Of a stretch of DNA of 34,105 nucleotides, positions 21,719 through 30,801 are shown in pieces. Source of the stretch: Nanobdellota archaeon (GTDB taxonomy: Archaea > Nanobdellota > Nanobdellia > Pacearchaeales > GW2011-AR1). The translations under genes and the position numbers were made by a program. The stretch covers positions 1-34,105 of the forward strand of contig JAKLIN010000002.1 of assembly GCA_022709585.1 (NCBI GenBank), written 5' to 3'. The first letter of the stretch is position 1, and every line of letters begins with the position of its first letter. The notes beneath the pieces are model-generated. The model was not told the origin of the DNA. It did no database searches and worked only from the letters and a program-made list of their open reading frames with translations.

Positions 21719-22768
21719 ATGGAATCAACTTTAGAATTCAGCGCTGGCAATAAACAAACAGCACGTGAATTCATAAAAAATTTAAAAGGAACAGACAACC
21801 TCGCAATTGTAAGCCATAACGATTTAGACGGTCTTGCTTCTGCAAAAGTTTTAGAAAGGGTTAGCTCTCCTAAACTTATTGAACTTGTTTCTTATGATAG
21901 AGTAAACAATTCTTTGGCAGATTACCTTAAGAGTAAAAAAATAAACAAGATTATCTTCTCGGACCTATCCTTAGACTTTCCAGGAAGCTTAAACTCTTTT
22001 GAAACGTTTGCCGATTCCTTGATTATAGACCACCATCAGTTCAAACAAAATCTGGAAACAGAAAAAACCAAATTTGTGAATGCCCAAGGATATTGTGCTT
22101 CTTACCTTTGCTATTCCTTATTTTCTGAGCAATCAGATTTAAAAAGTTTAGACTGGCTAGTTGCGCTGGCTTCTTTGGCAGACTGGCTTTATTTGAAGAA
22201 CACTTCTTGGCTTGGACAGATTTATGAAAAATATGGTGAAAAATTAGATTTAAAAGAAATTCAAAAGGGAAGATTTTGGGAAAGTGTTCTCACTCTTTCA
22301 GATTTTTTGATTTACTTTAAAGATTCTCCAAAAAAAGCTTATGATTTAATAGACTCAAAAAATTTTGATTTAAAGCAAACAGAACCTTATGTTTTGAAGG
22401 TTAGAAAAGATCTTGAGAAGAATTTAGAACTGTTTCAAGAACAAAAAGAGATTATTCCCGGAGGATTCTTTTATGAAATGCAATCAAGTTACGATTTAAA
22501 TTCGCGATTTGCTTCTTTAGTTAGTGGAAAAAATCCAAGCCAAGTTTATATTATCTCTACAAAAAATAAAAATCTTTACAGGATTTCTGCTAGACGAAGT
22601 GATGGAAAACAAAATATGTCTGAGTTAGTAAAATACCTTACCGAAGATTTAACTCTAATCAATGCAGGCGGACACCTCGCAGCAGCAGGATGCAATGTTT
22701 TAGATATAGACTATGCAAAGTTCAAACAGAAATTAAAAGATATTCCAGAACAACTCTTTAAGGTTTAA
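21719..22768 (+). CDS. DHH/DHHA1-family phosphoesterase (NrnA/RecJ-like)
   Basis: Motifs AIVSHNDLDGLASA (DxD/D.DG), IIDHHQ (DHH) and AGGHLAAAGC (DHHA1 GGGH-like). Confidence 0.8.
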   Translation: MESTLEFSAGNKQTAREFIKNLKGTDNLAIVSHNDLDGLASAKVLERVSSPKLIELVSYDRVNNSLADYLKSKKINKIIFSDLSLDFPGSLNSFETFADSLIIDHHQFKQNLETEKTKFVNAQGYCASYLCYSLFSEQSDLKSLDWLVALASLADWLYLKNTSWLGQIYEKYGEKLDLKEIQKGRFWESVLTLSDFLIYFKDSPKKAYDLIDSKNFDLKQTEPYVLKVRKDLEKNLELFQEQKEIIPGGFFYEMQSSYDLNSRFASLVSGKNPSQVYIISTKNKNLYRISARRSDGKQNMSELVKYLTEDLTLINAGGHLAAAGCNVLDIDYAKFKQKLKDIPEQLFKV

Positions 22769-22799
22769 GGGGGTAATAAGTAAAAAGATTATAGAAAGC

Positions 22800-23219
22800 T
22801 TATTTCTTTTCTTTGCTCTCTTTTCTGATTGCAGGTAAAGGTATATGCAAAGGAAGATTCATTTCATCTTCTAATTCCATTGCTTTTAAGTTCGCTTTTC
22901 TCAAAATAGCATTGAAGACAAAGATTTTGAAATCTTCTTCGATTTTCTTTTCTTTCCATTGTTTTAATATCTCTCGAGATTGCCTTTGATCTAAGGAAAC
23001 GAGCAAATCCCCTTTAAACTCAATTTTAACATAATTTGGGTTGTAATTAATTATGTAAGAAAACTTTACTCCTAAGAAATCGTCTTTTGTCTTAAATAAG
23101 TCTGCTTTAACTTGAGAAATTTCAGATAAGTCTATTTTAGTTTCCACTTTAAGATTCTCTGTTTTATCTGAAAGCTTTTCTATGCTTATCTTTTTGAAAG
23201 TTAATCCGACTATTTTCAT
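22800..23219 (-). CDS. hypothetical protein (possible SecB-like fold)
   Basis: 139 aa. A beta-rich N-part and helical C-part ending NLPLHIPLP are loosely reminiscent of SecB-type chaperones. No firm motif. Confidence 0.3.
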   Translation of the reverse strand: MKIVGLTFKKISIEKLSDKTENLKVETKIDLSEISQVKADLFKTKDDFLGVKFSYIINYNPNYVKIEFKGDLLVSLDQRQSREILKQWKEKKIEEDFKIFVFNAILRKANLKAMELEDEMNLPLHIPLPAIRKESKEKK

Positions 23220-23263
23220 TTTAAGTAAATTAATTGATTTATTTGGTAAGAATTTCTAAAGAA

Positions 23264-23524
23264 TTAAACTAAGTCTTCTTCAGAAACGATCACAAAGTCC
23301 CCTATTGCAATAATAGAGTTATAAGGGATAAGTATGTCATTGGTGTGAGTTCTTTCAAGGTTAAGGTTCTTAACGTAAGCTGTGGAGTCTCTAACAACGA
23401 GGTTGATTAATTCTCCAGACTTAGTTTCAAAAGTAATATCCTTTACAGCACCTAGTCTTTTTCCCTCTTTTGTGACAATCATCTTGCCCAAAATCGAATT
23501 GAATGGGTTTTTTTCTTGTTGCAT
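23264..23524 (-). CDS. PRC-barrel domain protein
   Basis: ILGKMIVTKEGKRLGAVKDITFETKSGELINLVV ... ILIPYNSIIAIGDFVIV is the PRC-barrel pattern. Start set at the ATG at 23524 (MQQEKNP...); the track start at 23569 is a TTG codon. Confidence 0.75.
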   Translation of the reverse strand: MQQEKNPFNSILGKMIVTKEGKRLGAVKDITFETKSGELINLVVRDSTAYVKNLNLERTHTNDILIPYNSIIAIGDFVIVSEEDLV

Positions 23525-23743
23525 GATTGTTTTAAAGGGGATTGATATATAAATTTTTCTATAACTCAAGATAACAATTCAACGAGCTCTTTAAAACAGT
23601 AATGAAAGGGAAGAATAAGGAAACCAGTTAAGAAAAGAAGATAAAAGAGACTAAAAGAAGAATGATTCAAATAAAAAGGCTCGATTAAAAATGTATTAAA
23701 ACAAACTTAAAAGGTCTAAAAGGCTGTTAATTTTAGCTTTTCT

Positions 23744-23771
23744 CCCTGACCCCTATATTTCCAGTAGAAAC
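23744..23771 (-). promoter_or_regulatory. origin recognition box (ORB) 1
   Basis: The reverse complement reads GTTTCTACTGGAAATATAGGGGTCAGGG: the dyad TTCTACTGGAA plus a G-string, like the archaeal ORB consensus TTCCAGTGGAAA...GGGG. Confidence 0.75.
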
Positions 23772-23877
23772 ATTTAAAAAAGAAAAATTGAATTTTATTT
23801 TTTTATTTTTTATTTATAAAATTATATATTATATATTATATATATTATAATAATATAATAAGATAAAGTTAATCGGT

Positions 23878-23898
23878 TTTCCATAAGAAATCTTGGTG
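23878..23898 (+). promoter_or_regulatory. degenerate mini-ORB
   Basis: TTTCCATAAGAAATCTTGGTG aligns with ORB2 TTTCCACTGGAAATGAACCTGTGGG. Confidence 0.4.
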
Positions 23899-23973
23899 TC
23901 TTTCTTATTCAGTAGTTATAATCCTTTATATAATATTTTAAGTTTTTTCGTTGGAAAAATTTATAATAAACTC

Positions 23974-24000
23974 TTTCCACTGGAAATGAACCTGTGGGAG
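23974..24000 (+). promoter_or_regulatory. origin recognition box (ORB) 2
   Basis: TTTCCACTGGAAATGAACCTGTGGGAG: the dyad TTCCACTGGAA plus a G-rich tail. Opposite orientation to ORB1. Confidence 0.75.
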
Positions 24001-24033
24001 ATACAATAAAAAATAAAATATTCAAAAAACAAA

Positions 24034-25263
24034 ATGGGAGTAATTTTAGATGAAATTTTTGAAGCTTTTGATAAGAATAAAATCTTCAAAAATAAAGGAG
24101 TTTTAGAATCAAATTATCAACCAGAACAGATTCTTCATAGAGATGAACACATCAAACAGATTGCTTCTATACTCGCCCCGGTGCTTAGAGGAGAAAAATG
24201 CAGTAATTTGTTTCTTTATGGAAAAACAGGAACAGGAAAAACAATTTCTATTCAATATGTAAAAGATGAAATGCTTAAAAGAGTTAAAAAAGAAGCAGAT
24301 TTCGCCCTTAAAATAGAATATCTTAATTGTAAATTAAAAAAGGTTTCAGACACAGATTACAGAATTTTAGCGGAGCTTATTAAGAAACTTGGAGGGCAGG
24401 TTCCAGATACAGGGCTTCCTACAGAAAGGGTTTACAATAAATTCATTAATTTAATTGATTCAGAAAAACAAATTATTGTTTTAATCTTAGATGAAATCGA
24501 CCAAGTTGTTAAGAAAATTTCCAGCGATTTCTTGTATAACCTCACAAGATTAAATAACGAACTTTCTCAGTCCAAGCTTTGCCTTGTTGGAATTAGCAAT
24601 GATTTAACTTTTTTAGATGAAATTGATCCTCGAGTAAGAAGCTCCCTTTCAGAAGAAGAAATTGTTTTTTTACCTTATAATGCAATTCAGCTTCAAGAAA
24701 TTTTAAGAAAAAGAGCTGCAGAAGCGTTTAAAGAAGGCATTCTTCAAGAGGGGGTTATCGAAAAGTGTGCAGCCTTTTCAGCAAAGGGTTATGGGGATGC
24801 GAGAAGAGCCTTAGATCTGTTAAGAGTTGCAGGGGAATTAGCAGAAAGAGATAAATCCGATAAAATTACTTTCAAGCATATTGATGAAGCAAATAAAAAA
24901 TTAGAAAGTGATAAAGTTTTAGAGATTATTCAATCAGAGCCCAAGCCTTTCCATTATGTTCTTAATTCGATTATTCAATTAACAGAACAAAGAAGCAAAG
25001 AGGGAAAATCTTCTCACGAGCCTATTTTTACAGGAGATATTTACAATCATTATGCAGAGTTCTGCAGTAGAAACAAAATCGAAGTTTTAACTCAAAGAAG
25101 AGTTTCAGATATTATTCAAGAATTTGATATGTTTGGAATAATAAATGTTAGAGTTGTTTCAAAGGGTAGGGGGGGAAGAATGAGAGAAATTAATTTAGTT
25201 TTAGCTCAAGAGAGTATTGTCAAAGTTAAAGAGATTATTAAGAATTCAGTTGATTTTAGATAA
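24034..25263 (+). CDS. cdc6: Orc1/Cdc6 replication initiator
   Basis: 409 aa. Walker A LYGKTGTGKT, Walker B LILDEID, sensor and arginine region GDARRALDLLR, C-terminal winged helix. Confidence 0.95.
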   Translation: MGVILDEIFEAFDKNKIFKNKGVLESNYQPEQILHRDEHIKQIASILAPVLRGEKCSNLFLYGKTGTGKTISIQYVKDEMLKRVKKEADFALKIEYLNCKLKKVSDTDYRILAELIKKLGGQVPDTGLPTERVYNKFINLIDSEKQIIVLILDEIDQVVKKISSDFLYNLTRLNNELSQSKLCLVGISNDLTFLDEIDPRVRSSLSEEEIVFLPYNAIQLQEILRKRAAEAFKEGILQEGVIEKCAAFSAKGYGDARRALDLLRVAGELAERDKSDKITFKHIDEANKKLESDKVLEIIQSEPKPFHYVLNSIIQLTEQRSKEGKSSHEPIFTGDIYNHYAEFCSRNKIEVLTQRRVSDIIQEFDMFGIINVRVVSKGRGGRMREINLVLAQESIVKVKEIIKNSVDFR

Positions 25264-25311
25264 CTTTCAGTTGTAAAAGAATATTTTTGGCAGGCTGCCG
25301 GAAACAAGAAG

Positions 25312-26901
25312 ATGGAAGAGAAAGAAATTTTAAAATTTTGTTTAAAGAAAGGCATTCTTTTAGATAAAGAAGTTTTAAGTTTGCTTAGCGAGGCTCTTGA
25401 ATCTGAATCAGAGATGAAAGTTATTGAAAAAATAAGAGAAAATAGCCAAAAAAAGTTCATCACAAAAAATGTTTTCTGTGAGAATATTAAACAGGTTAAT
25501 CAGGTTTTCTCCACCCTCTCAGAAGATAAAAAGAAAAAACTAGAAACTCTTAAGATTAAGCTCGGTTTGGAATTAGAAATTTCCAAGGAATCAATTCCAT
25601 TAATCCAAGAAACGTCAGTAATTGCAAAAGATTCTGGAATAAATTCTTCAAGAGGATTAGATGAAGAAAATGTGAAAGTTAAATCTTTAATTTCTTGTGT
25701 AAATAAAAAACCCGAAGTGGAAGACTTTGTTAAATTCTTTAAAAGCAGATTAACAAAAATGAGAGGAATTCTTCAGACGCACGCAAATCTAAAAGATTTA
25801 GTTTCAATAAATAAACTCTCTGGAAATCGGCATAAGGTTAGTATTATTGGGATTGTTAGCTCTAAAAAAACTACTCAGAATAAAAATATTTTATTAGAAG
25901 TAGAAGATTTCACCGGAAAAATTAGGGTGTTAATTAATCAGAACCGTCCTGGGCTTTATGAAAAAGGAGAAGAAATTACAGCAGACTCTGTTATTGGGGT
26001 TGTTGGAGCAGGAAATGGAGAAATTATTTTTGCAGAAGATATCATTTATCCAGATTCTATGATTGCAGAAAGAAAAAGAGCTCCAACAGAAGAGCTCGCT
26101 GCTTTTATAGGAGATGTTCACTACGGAAGTAAATTATTCATGAAAGAAAATTTCATTAAGTTTGTCGAATATCTCAATGATGTTTCTGCTCCAGGCTCAG
26201 AAGCTTCTAAAATAAAATATCTTTTCATTGTTGGAGACTTGGTCGCAGGAATTGGAATCTATCCTGAGCAAGAGCCAGATTTAGAAGTAAAAGATTTAGA
26301 AAAACAGTTTCAAGGAATTGCAGAACTTCTTGGAAAAATTAGAAAAGATATTACAATTATTCTTTCTCCTGGAAATCACGATGGAGTTAGATTGATGGAG
26401 CCACAACCACTTTTCGATAAAAAATATGCTGCTCCTCTGTACTCTTTAAAAAATGTAATTATTACTACAAATCCTGCATACGCAACAATTGCTTGTTCGA
26501 AAAGATTTTCTGGTTTTGATGTTTTAACCTATCACGGATACTCTTATCCCTATTATGTTGATAAAATTCCTTCTTTAATTAAAGTGGATGCAATAAACTC
26601 TCCAGATAAGATTATGGCTTATCTTTTGAAAAACAGACATCTTTCTCCAACTCATTCTTCTGTTCAGTATTATCCCTTGGAAGAAGACCCTTTTGTTATA
26701 GAAAAAGTTCCAGATATCTTTGTTTCGGGGCATATCCACAAGTCCGCTGTTTCTTATTATAATAATATTTTGATGATTTCTTGTTCTGCTTGGGAATCAA
26801 TAACAGCTTTCCAGGAAAAGATGGGAAATAAACCTGATTTTTGTAAAGTTCCTATTGTAAATTTAAAAAATCGAACAGTTAAAATTTTAGATTTTGAATA
26901 A
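25312..26901 (+). CDS. polB: DNA polymerase II (PolD) small subunit DP1
   Basis: 529 aa. OB-fold region, then calcineurin-like phosphoesterase motifs FIGDVHYGS, VGDLVAGIG, PGNHDG and SGHIHK. Confidence 0.9.
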   Translation: MEEKEILKFCLKKGILLDKEVLSLLSEALESESEMKVIEKIRENSQKKFITKNVFCENIKQVNQVFSTLSEDKKKKLETLKIKLGLELEISKESIPLIQETSVIAKDSGINSSRGLDEENVKVKSLISCVNKKPEVEDFVKFFKSRLTKMRGILQTHANLKDLVSINKLSGNRHKVSIIGIVSSKKTTQNKNILLEVEDFTGKIRVLINQNRPGLYEKGEEITADSVIGVVGAGNGEIIFAEDIIYPDSMIAERKRAPTEELAAFIGDVHYGSKLFMKENFIKFVEYLNDVSAPGSEASKIKYLFIVGDLVAGIGIYPEQEPDLEVKDLEKQFQGIAELLGKIRKDITIILSPGNHDGVRLMEPQPLFDKKYAAPLYSLKNVIITTNPAYATIACSKRFSGFDVLTYHGYSYPYYVDKIPSLIKVDAINSPDKIMAYLLKNRHLSPTHSSVQYYPLEEDPFVIEKVPDIFVSGHIHKSAVSYYNNILMISCSAWESITAFQEKMGNKPDFCKVPIVNLKNRTVKILDFE

Positions 26902-26935
26902 ATCAAGGAGAAAATTAAAAAATTAAAAAATTAAA

Positions 26936-29900
26936 ATGGAAACAGAAAAATATTTTCATGATTTTGAAAAAGAAGTGCGGGTTGCATATTCTGTTGCAGA
27001 CATTGCTAGGAAAAAAGGATTAGACCCTGTTGATAAAATTGAAATTCCTTTAGCAAAAAGCCTCGCAGAAAAAACAACAGGACTTATCGCAACAATTTAT
27101 CCTCAATTAACAGATTCTGGTGTTGTTCAAAGAATTTTAGATTTAGAAGAGCTTTACGGCAAACTTGATTCTGCAGTCGCATTTAAAATTGCGGAAGAAG
27201 TTGCAAAACAAAAATTTTGTACATTTTCCAATCAACTAGAAGCGATTGAAGCAGGAATCAGAATGGGGTTTGCTTACATCACTCTGGGAGTTGTTTCCTC
27301 TCCTATTGAAGGATTCACTGAAATTAAAATTAGAAAAACACGCGATGGAAAAGATTATTTTGAAGTTTTCTTTTCAGGGCCAATCAGAAGTGCCGGAACA
27401 ACTGCTTCTTGTATGGTTTTAATGTTAATTGATTACCTGAGAGAACTTTTTGGATATGCAAAATACGATCCAACAGAGCAAGAAGTTAAAAGATATGTAA
27501 CTGAAAATCACGATTATCATGAAAGAGTTACCAATTTGCAGTATATGCCTACAGATGAAGAAATTGTTTTCTTAGCAAAAAATCTTCCAATTCAAATCTC
27601 TGGAGAACCAACAGAAAAAATTGAAGTTTCGAATTATAAAAATCTTGAAAGAGTTGAAACAGATTTTGTTAGGGGGGGAATGTGCTTAATCTTTTCAGAA
27701 GGACTTGCACAAAAAGCTGCAAAAGGATTTAGACTTTTGAAAGGGGTTAAGAAAAAAGATTTCCAAGCAACAGGATTTGATTTCTTAGAAAAATACATTG
27801 AACTTCATGATAAAAGAAATTATGGAAAAAATGTTTCAACAGACACTCGCCCAACATACATTAAAGATATTGTTGCAGGAAGGCCTATTTTTGGGCACCC
27901 TTCTCAAAGTGGGAGCTTTAGATTCAGATATGGTAGAAGCAGAGTTTCAGGATTTTCAGCGTCTTCTGTTCATCCAGCTACAATGGGAATTAGTGATAAT
28001 TTTATTGCAATTGGTACTCAACTTAAAATTGAAAAGCCAACAAAAGGGACAGTCACCACTGTTTGCGATTTACTTGAAGGCCCGGTTGTAAAACTTTCCA
28101 ATGGAAGTGTAATAAAACCTAAAACTTTGGAAGAAGCTAAAAAAATTTACTCAGATGTTACAGAGATTATTTATCTTGGAGATTTGCTTATGCCTTTCAG
28201 TGATGTTGCAAATAGAAATGCAATTTTGCTTAAGCCAGGATATGTTGAAGAATGGTGGCAACTTGATCTTAAGGAAAAAAATCCCGAAGTTGCAGCAAGC
28301 ATAAATCCCTTTGAGGTAAATTTTGAAAAAGCAATTGAAATCAGCAGAGAATATGGAATTCCTTTGCATCCTAAATTCATTTTATACTGGACTCAAATTT
28401 CATTAGAGCAATTTTTAGGTTTGTTGGAATGGTTGAGTTACGCAAGACTTGCTGGAAAAATAATTTTACCTTATAACAAAACTGAAAAAGAAAAATTTGA
28501 GTTAGGAAAAAGAACACTAGAGTTATTAGGAATTGAACACGAAGTTACTTTGGAAAACGTGGTTTTAGAGAAACAGGAAAGCAATATTTTATTTTTAAAT
28601 TTAGGATTAGACTTAGAAATTTTAAATCAAGAAGGACATTTATTACAAGAGTTTTTAGATAAATCTAAATTTGAAACAACTAAGATTAATCCTGAAGATA
28701 ACTCTGAAATTAAAAAAAGTGTTTTAGAAATTATCAATTCAAATTCTTGTGTTGTTATTAAAGATAAAGCAGGAGATTTTATTGGAGCGAGAATGGGCAG
28801 ACCCGAGAAATCCAAACTTAGAAAACTTACTGGAAGCCCAAATACTTTGTTTCCTGTTGGAAAAGAAGGAGGGAGACTCAGAAATGTTTACGATGCTCTT
28901 AAAGTTGGGACTGTCAAAGGGGATTTCCCAATTTACTATTGCGAGAGCTGTAAAAAAGAAACAATTTATCCTTCTTGTGAAGATTGCGGAGCAAAATGCA
29001 AAAAAATGTATTATTGCAAAGACTGCGATGAAAAAAGAACTTCTGTTTGTGAAGAACACAAGACTTGCCGTTCTTATGCTTATCAAAATTTAGATGTAAA
29101 TCATTATTTTCAAAAAGCTAAAGAAAAAATTTCAATAAAAGATGAAGAAATGCCTGCATTGATTAAAGGAGTCAGGGGGCTTTCTTCTGGAGGAAAGCAA
29201 ACAGAACATCTTGCAAAAGGAATTTTACGTGCAAAATATGGGTTGCAAGTGAACAAAGACGGAACAATTAGATTAGATGCAACAGAATTACCTTTAACTG
29301 CATTCAAACCAAAAGAAATTTTTGTAAGTGTTGAAAAACTTAAAGAGTTAGGGTACACAGAAGATGTTTATGGCAAACCTTTGGAAAACGACAATCAAAT
29401 TTTAGAATTAATGCCTCATGATATCTTACTTCCTTGCTCTCCCGAAGGAACAGATGAAAAAGCAGATGATGTTTTCATAAGGATTGCTCAATTCATGGAT
29501 GAACTCTTAGTTAAGTTTTACGGGTTAGAACCTTTTTACAATGTTAAGAAAAGAGAAGACTTGGTTGGAAAACTTGGTGTTTGCATGGCTCCTCACAATT
29601 GTGCAGGAGTTGTTTCCAGAATAATTGGATTCTCTCACGCTCAAGGATTGTATGCAAGCCCTTACATGCATGCAGCTATCAGAAGAGATTGTGATGGAGA
29701 TGAAGTTGCAGTGATGCTTCTTTTAGATGTTCTTCTTAATTTCTCTAGAGAATTCTTGCCAAGTCACAGAGGAGGAACTCAAGATGCGCCTCTTGTTTTA
29801 AATGCTAAAATAAATGCAGGAGAAGTGGATGATCAAATTTTGGATTTAGAAATGGTTTCAGAATATCCTATTGAACTTTATAGGGCTGCAGAACAGAAAA

Positions 29901-30445
29901 AACATTCCTCTGAAGTTTCAGTTATGAATGTTAAACTGGCATTAAAAGAGCATAGGGATCCTTTTGTTAAGATTGGATTCACTCATGATACTTCGAACTT
30001 TAATCAGGGAGTTATGTGCTCTTCATATAAATTATTTGGAACAATGATGGACAAGGTTAATCACCAGATGATGCTTGTTGAAAAGCTTAGAGCAGCAGAT
30101 ACTTCAGATACAGTTAGACTAATTATTGAACGTCACTTTATTAGAGACTTAAAAGGTAATTTAAGAAAATTTTCCACTCAAGAATTTAGATGCGTTAAGT
30201 GCAATGAAATTGTACGGCGTCCTCCTTTAACGGGAAAATGCCCTGCATGTAAAATAGGAAAATTAATTTTTACGATAAACGAAGGAGGAATCAAGAAATA
30301 TCTTGAACCTGCGCTTGGGCTCGCCGAAAAATATCATCTTTCAACTTATCTTCGTCAAAATTTAGAGATTACTAAACGTCAGGTTGAAAGTATCTTTGGA
30401 AAAGAGCCAGAAAAACAAGTCGGACTTGAAAGTTGGTGTAAATAA
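26936..30445 (+). CDS. polC: DNA polymerase II (PolD) large subunit DP2
   Basis: 1169 aa. Internal Cys clusters CESCKKETIYPSCEDCGAKC and CKDCDEKRTSVCEEHKTC, catalytic-region RRDCDGDEVAVMLLLD, C-terminal zinc ribbon CVKCNE...CPACK. The length fits an intein-free DP2. Confidence 0.95.
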   Translation: METEKYFHDFEKEVRVAYSVADIARKKGLDPVDKIEIPLAKSLAEKTTGLIATIYPQLTDSGVVQRILDLEELYGKLDSAVAFKIAEEVAKQKFCTFSNQLEAIEAGIRMGFAYITLGVVSSPIEGFTEIKIRKTRDGKDYFEVFFSGPIRSAGTTASCMVLMLIDYLRELFGYAKYDPTEQEVKRYVTENHDYHERVTNLQYMPTDEEIVFLAKNLPIQISGEPTEKIEVSNYKNLERVETDFVRGGMCLIFSEGLAQKAAKGFRLLKGVKKKDFQATGFDFLEKYIELHDKRNYGKNVSTDTRPTYIKDIVAGRPIFGHPSQSGSFRFRYGRSRVSGFSASSVHPATMGISDNFIAIGTQLKIEKPTKGTVTTVCDLLEGPVVKLSNGSVIKPKTLEEAKKIYSDVTEIIYLGDLLMPFSDVANRNAILLKPGYVEEWWQLDLKEKNPEVAASINPFEVNFEKAIEISREYGIPLHPKFILYWTQISLEQFLGLLEWLSYARLAGKIILPYNKTEKEKFELGKRTLELLGIEHEVTLENVVLEKQESNILFLNLGLDLEILNQEGHLLQEFLDKSKFETTKINPEDNSEIKKSVLEIINSNSCVVIKDKAGDFIGARMGRPEKSKLRKLTGSPNTLFPVGKEGGRLRNVYDALKVGTVKGDFPIYYCESCKKETIYPSCEDCGAKCKKMYYCKDCDEKRTSVCEEHKTCRSYAYQNLDVNHYFQKAKEKISIKDEEMPALIKGVRGLSSGGKQTEHLAKGILRAKYGLQVNKDGTIRLDATELPLTAFKPKEIFVSVEKLKELGYTEDVYGKPLENDNQILELMPHDILLPCSPEGTDEKADDVFIRIAQFMDELLVKFYGLEPFYNVKKREDLVGKLGVCMAPHNCAGVVSRIIGFSHAQGLYASPYMHAAIRRDCDGDEVAVMLLLDVLLNFSREFLPSHRGGTQDAPLVLNAKINAGEVDDQILDLEMVSEYPIELYRAAEQKKHSSEVSVMNVKLALKEHRDPFVKIGFTHDTSNFNQGVMCSSYKLFGTMMDKVNHQMMLVEKLRAADTSDTVRLIIERHFIRDLKGNLRKFSTQEFRCVKCNEIVRRPPLTGKCPACKIGKLIFTINEGGIKKYLEPALGLAEKYHLSTYLRQNLEITKRQVESIFGKEPEKQVGLESWCK

Positions 30446-30471
30446 ACCTCTTTTGAAAAAGTTTACTTAAA

Positions 30472-30801
30472 ATGATTGAAAAATCTGAAAAATTAGAGAA
30501 TAAACTAAAAAATTTTCAAGAAAAATTGAAAAAGGGATGGTTGGAGAAAGAAATAGGTGAAAAAATGGAAATGGCAGGAGTAATGTCCTTTCTTTTTGGA
30601 GTCATTGGAGGTTTAGATTATTTAGGAACACTTAACAAGCCTCCTGTTAATAGTTATCCTTTAAGTAGAATTTTTGAACATCTTTCCAACTATTCCGGGA
30701 TTTATCTCGGCGCAGGGATTGTTGGGGTTGCAATCGGCAACTATCTTTGTAATAGGGGAATCAAAAAAGAAAACAGCTACACTAAAGAGTTAAATAAGTA
30801 A
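30472..30801 (+). CDS. small membrane protein
   Basis: 109 aa. Charged helical N-terminus then two hydrophobic segments (AGVMSFLFGVIGGL, GIYLGAGIVGVAIGNYL). Confidence 0.5.
   Translation: MIEKSEKLENKLKNFQEKLKKGWLEKEIGEKMEMAGVMSFLFGVIGGLDYLGTLNKPPVNSYPLSRIFEHLSNYSGIYLGAGIVGVAIGNYLCNRGIKKENSYTKELNK

Larger units (their letters stand above)
23744..24000. other. chromosomal replication origin (oriC): two inverted ORB boxes flanking an AT-rich unwinding element
   Basis: ORB-like boxes at 23744-23771 (inverted) and 23974-24000, a degenerate box at 23878-23898, and a nearly pure A/T stretch at 23776-23870 with TATATATTA-type repeats. Directly upstream of orc1/cdc6. Confidence 0.8.

Noticed and set aside
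26911-26935. AAAATTAA x3 tandem repeat between the DP1 stop and the DP2 start.
   Set aside because: Very short, pure A/T low complexity following an AAGGAG Shine-Dalgarno sequence. Most simply a spacer in a translationally coupled operon.
24034-30445. Inteins or other insertions in Cdc6, DP1 or DP2.
   Set aside because: The protein lengths (409, 529 and 1169 aa) are typical of intein-free versions, and no Cys/Ser...HN splice-junction blocks or homing-endonuclease motifs were seen.
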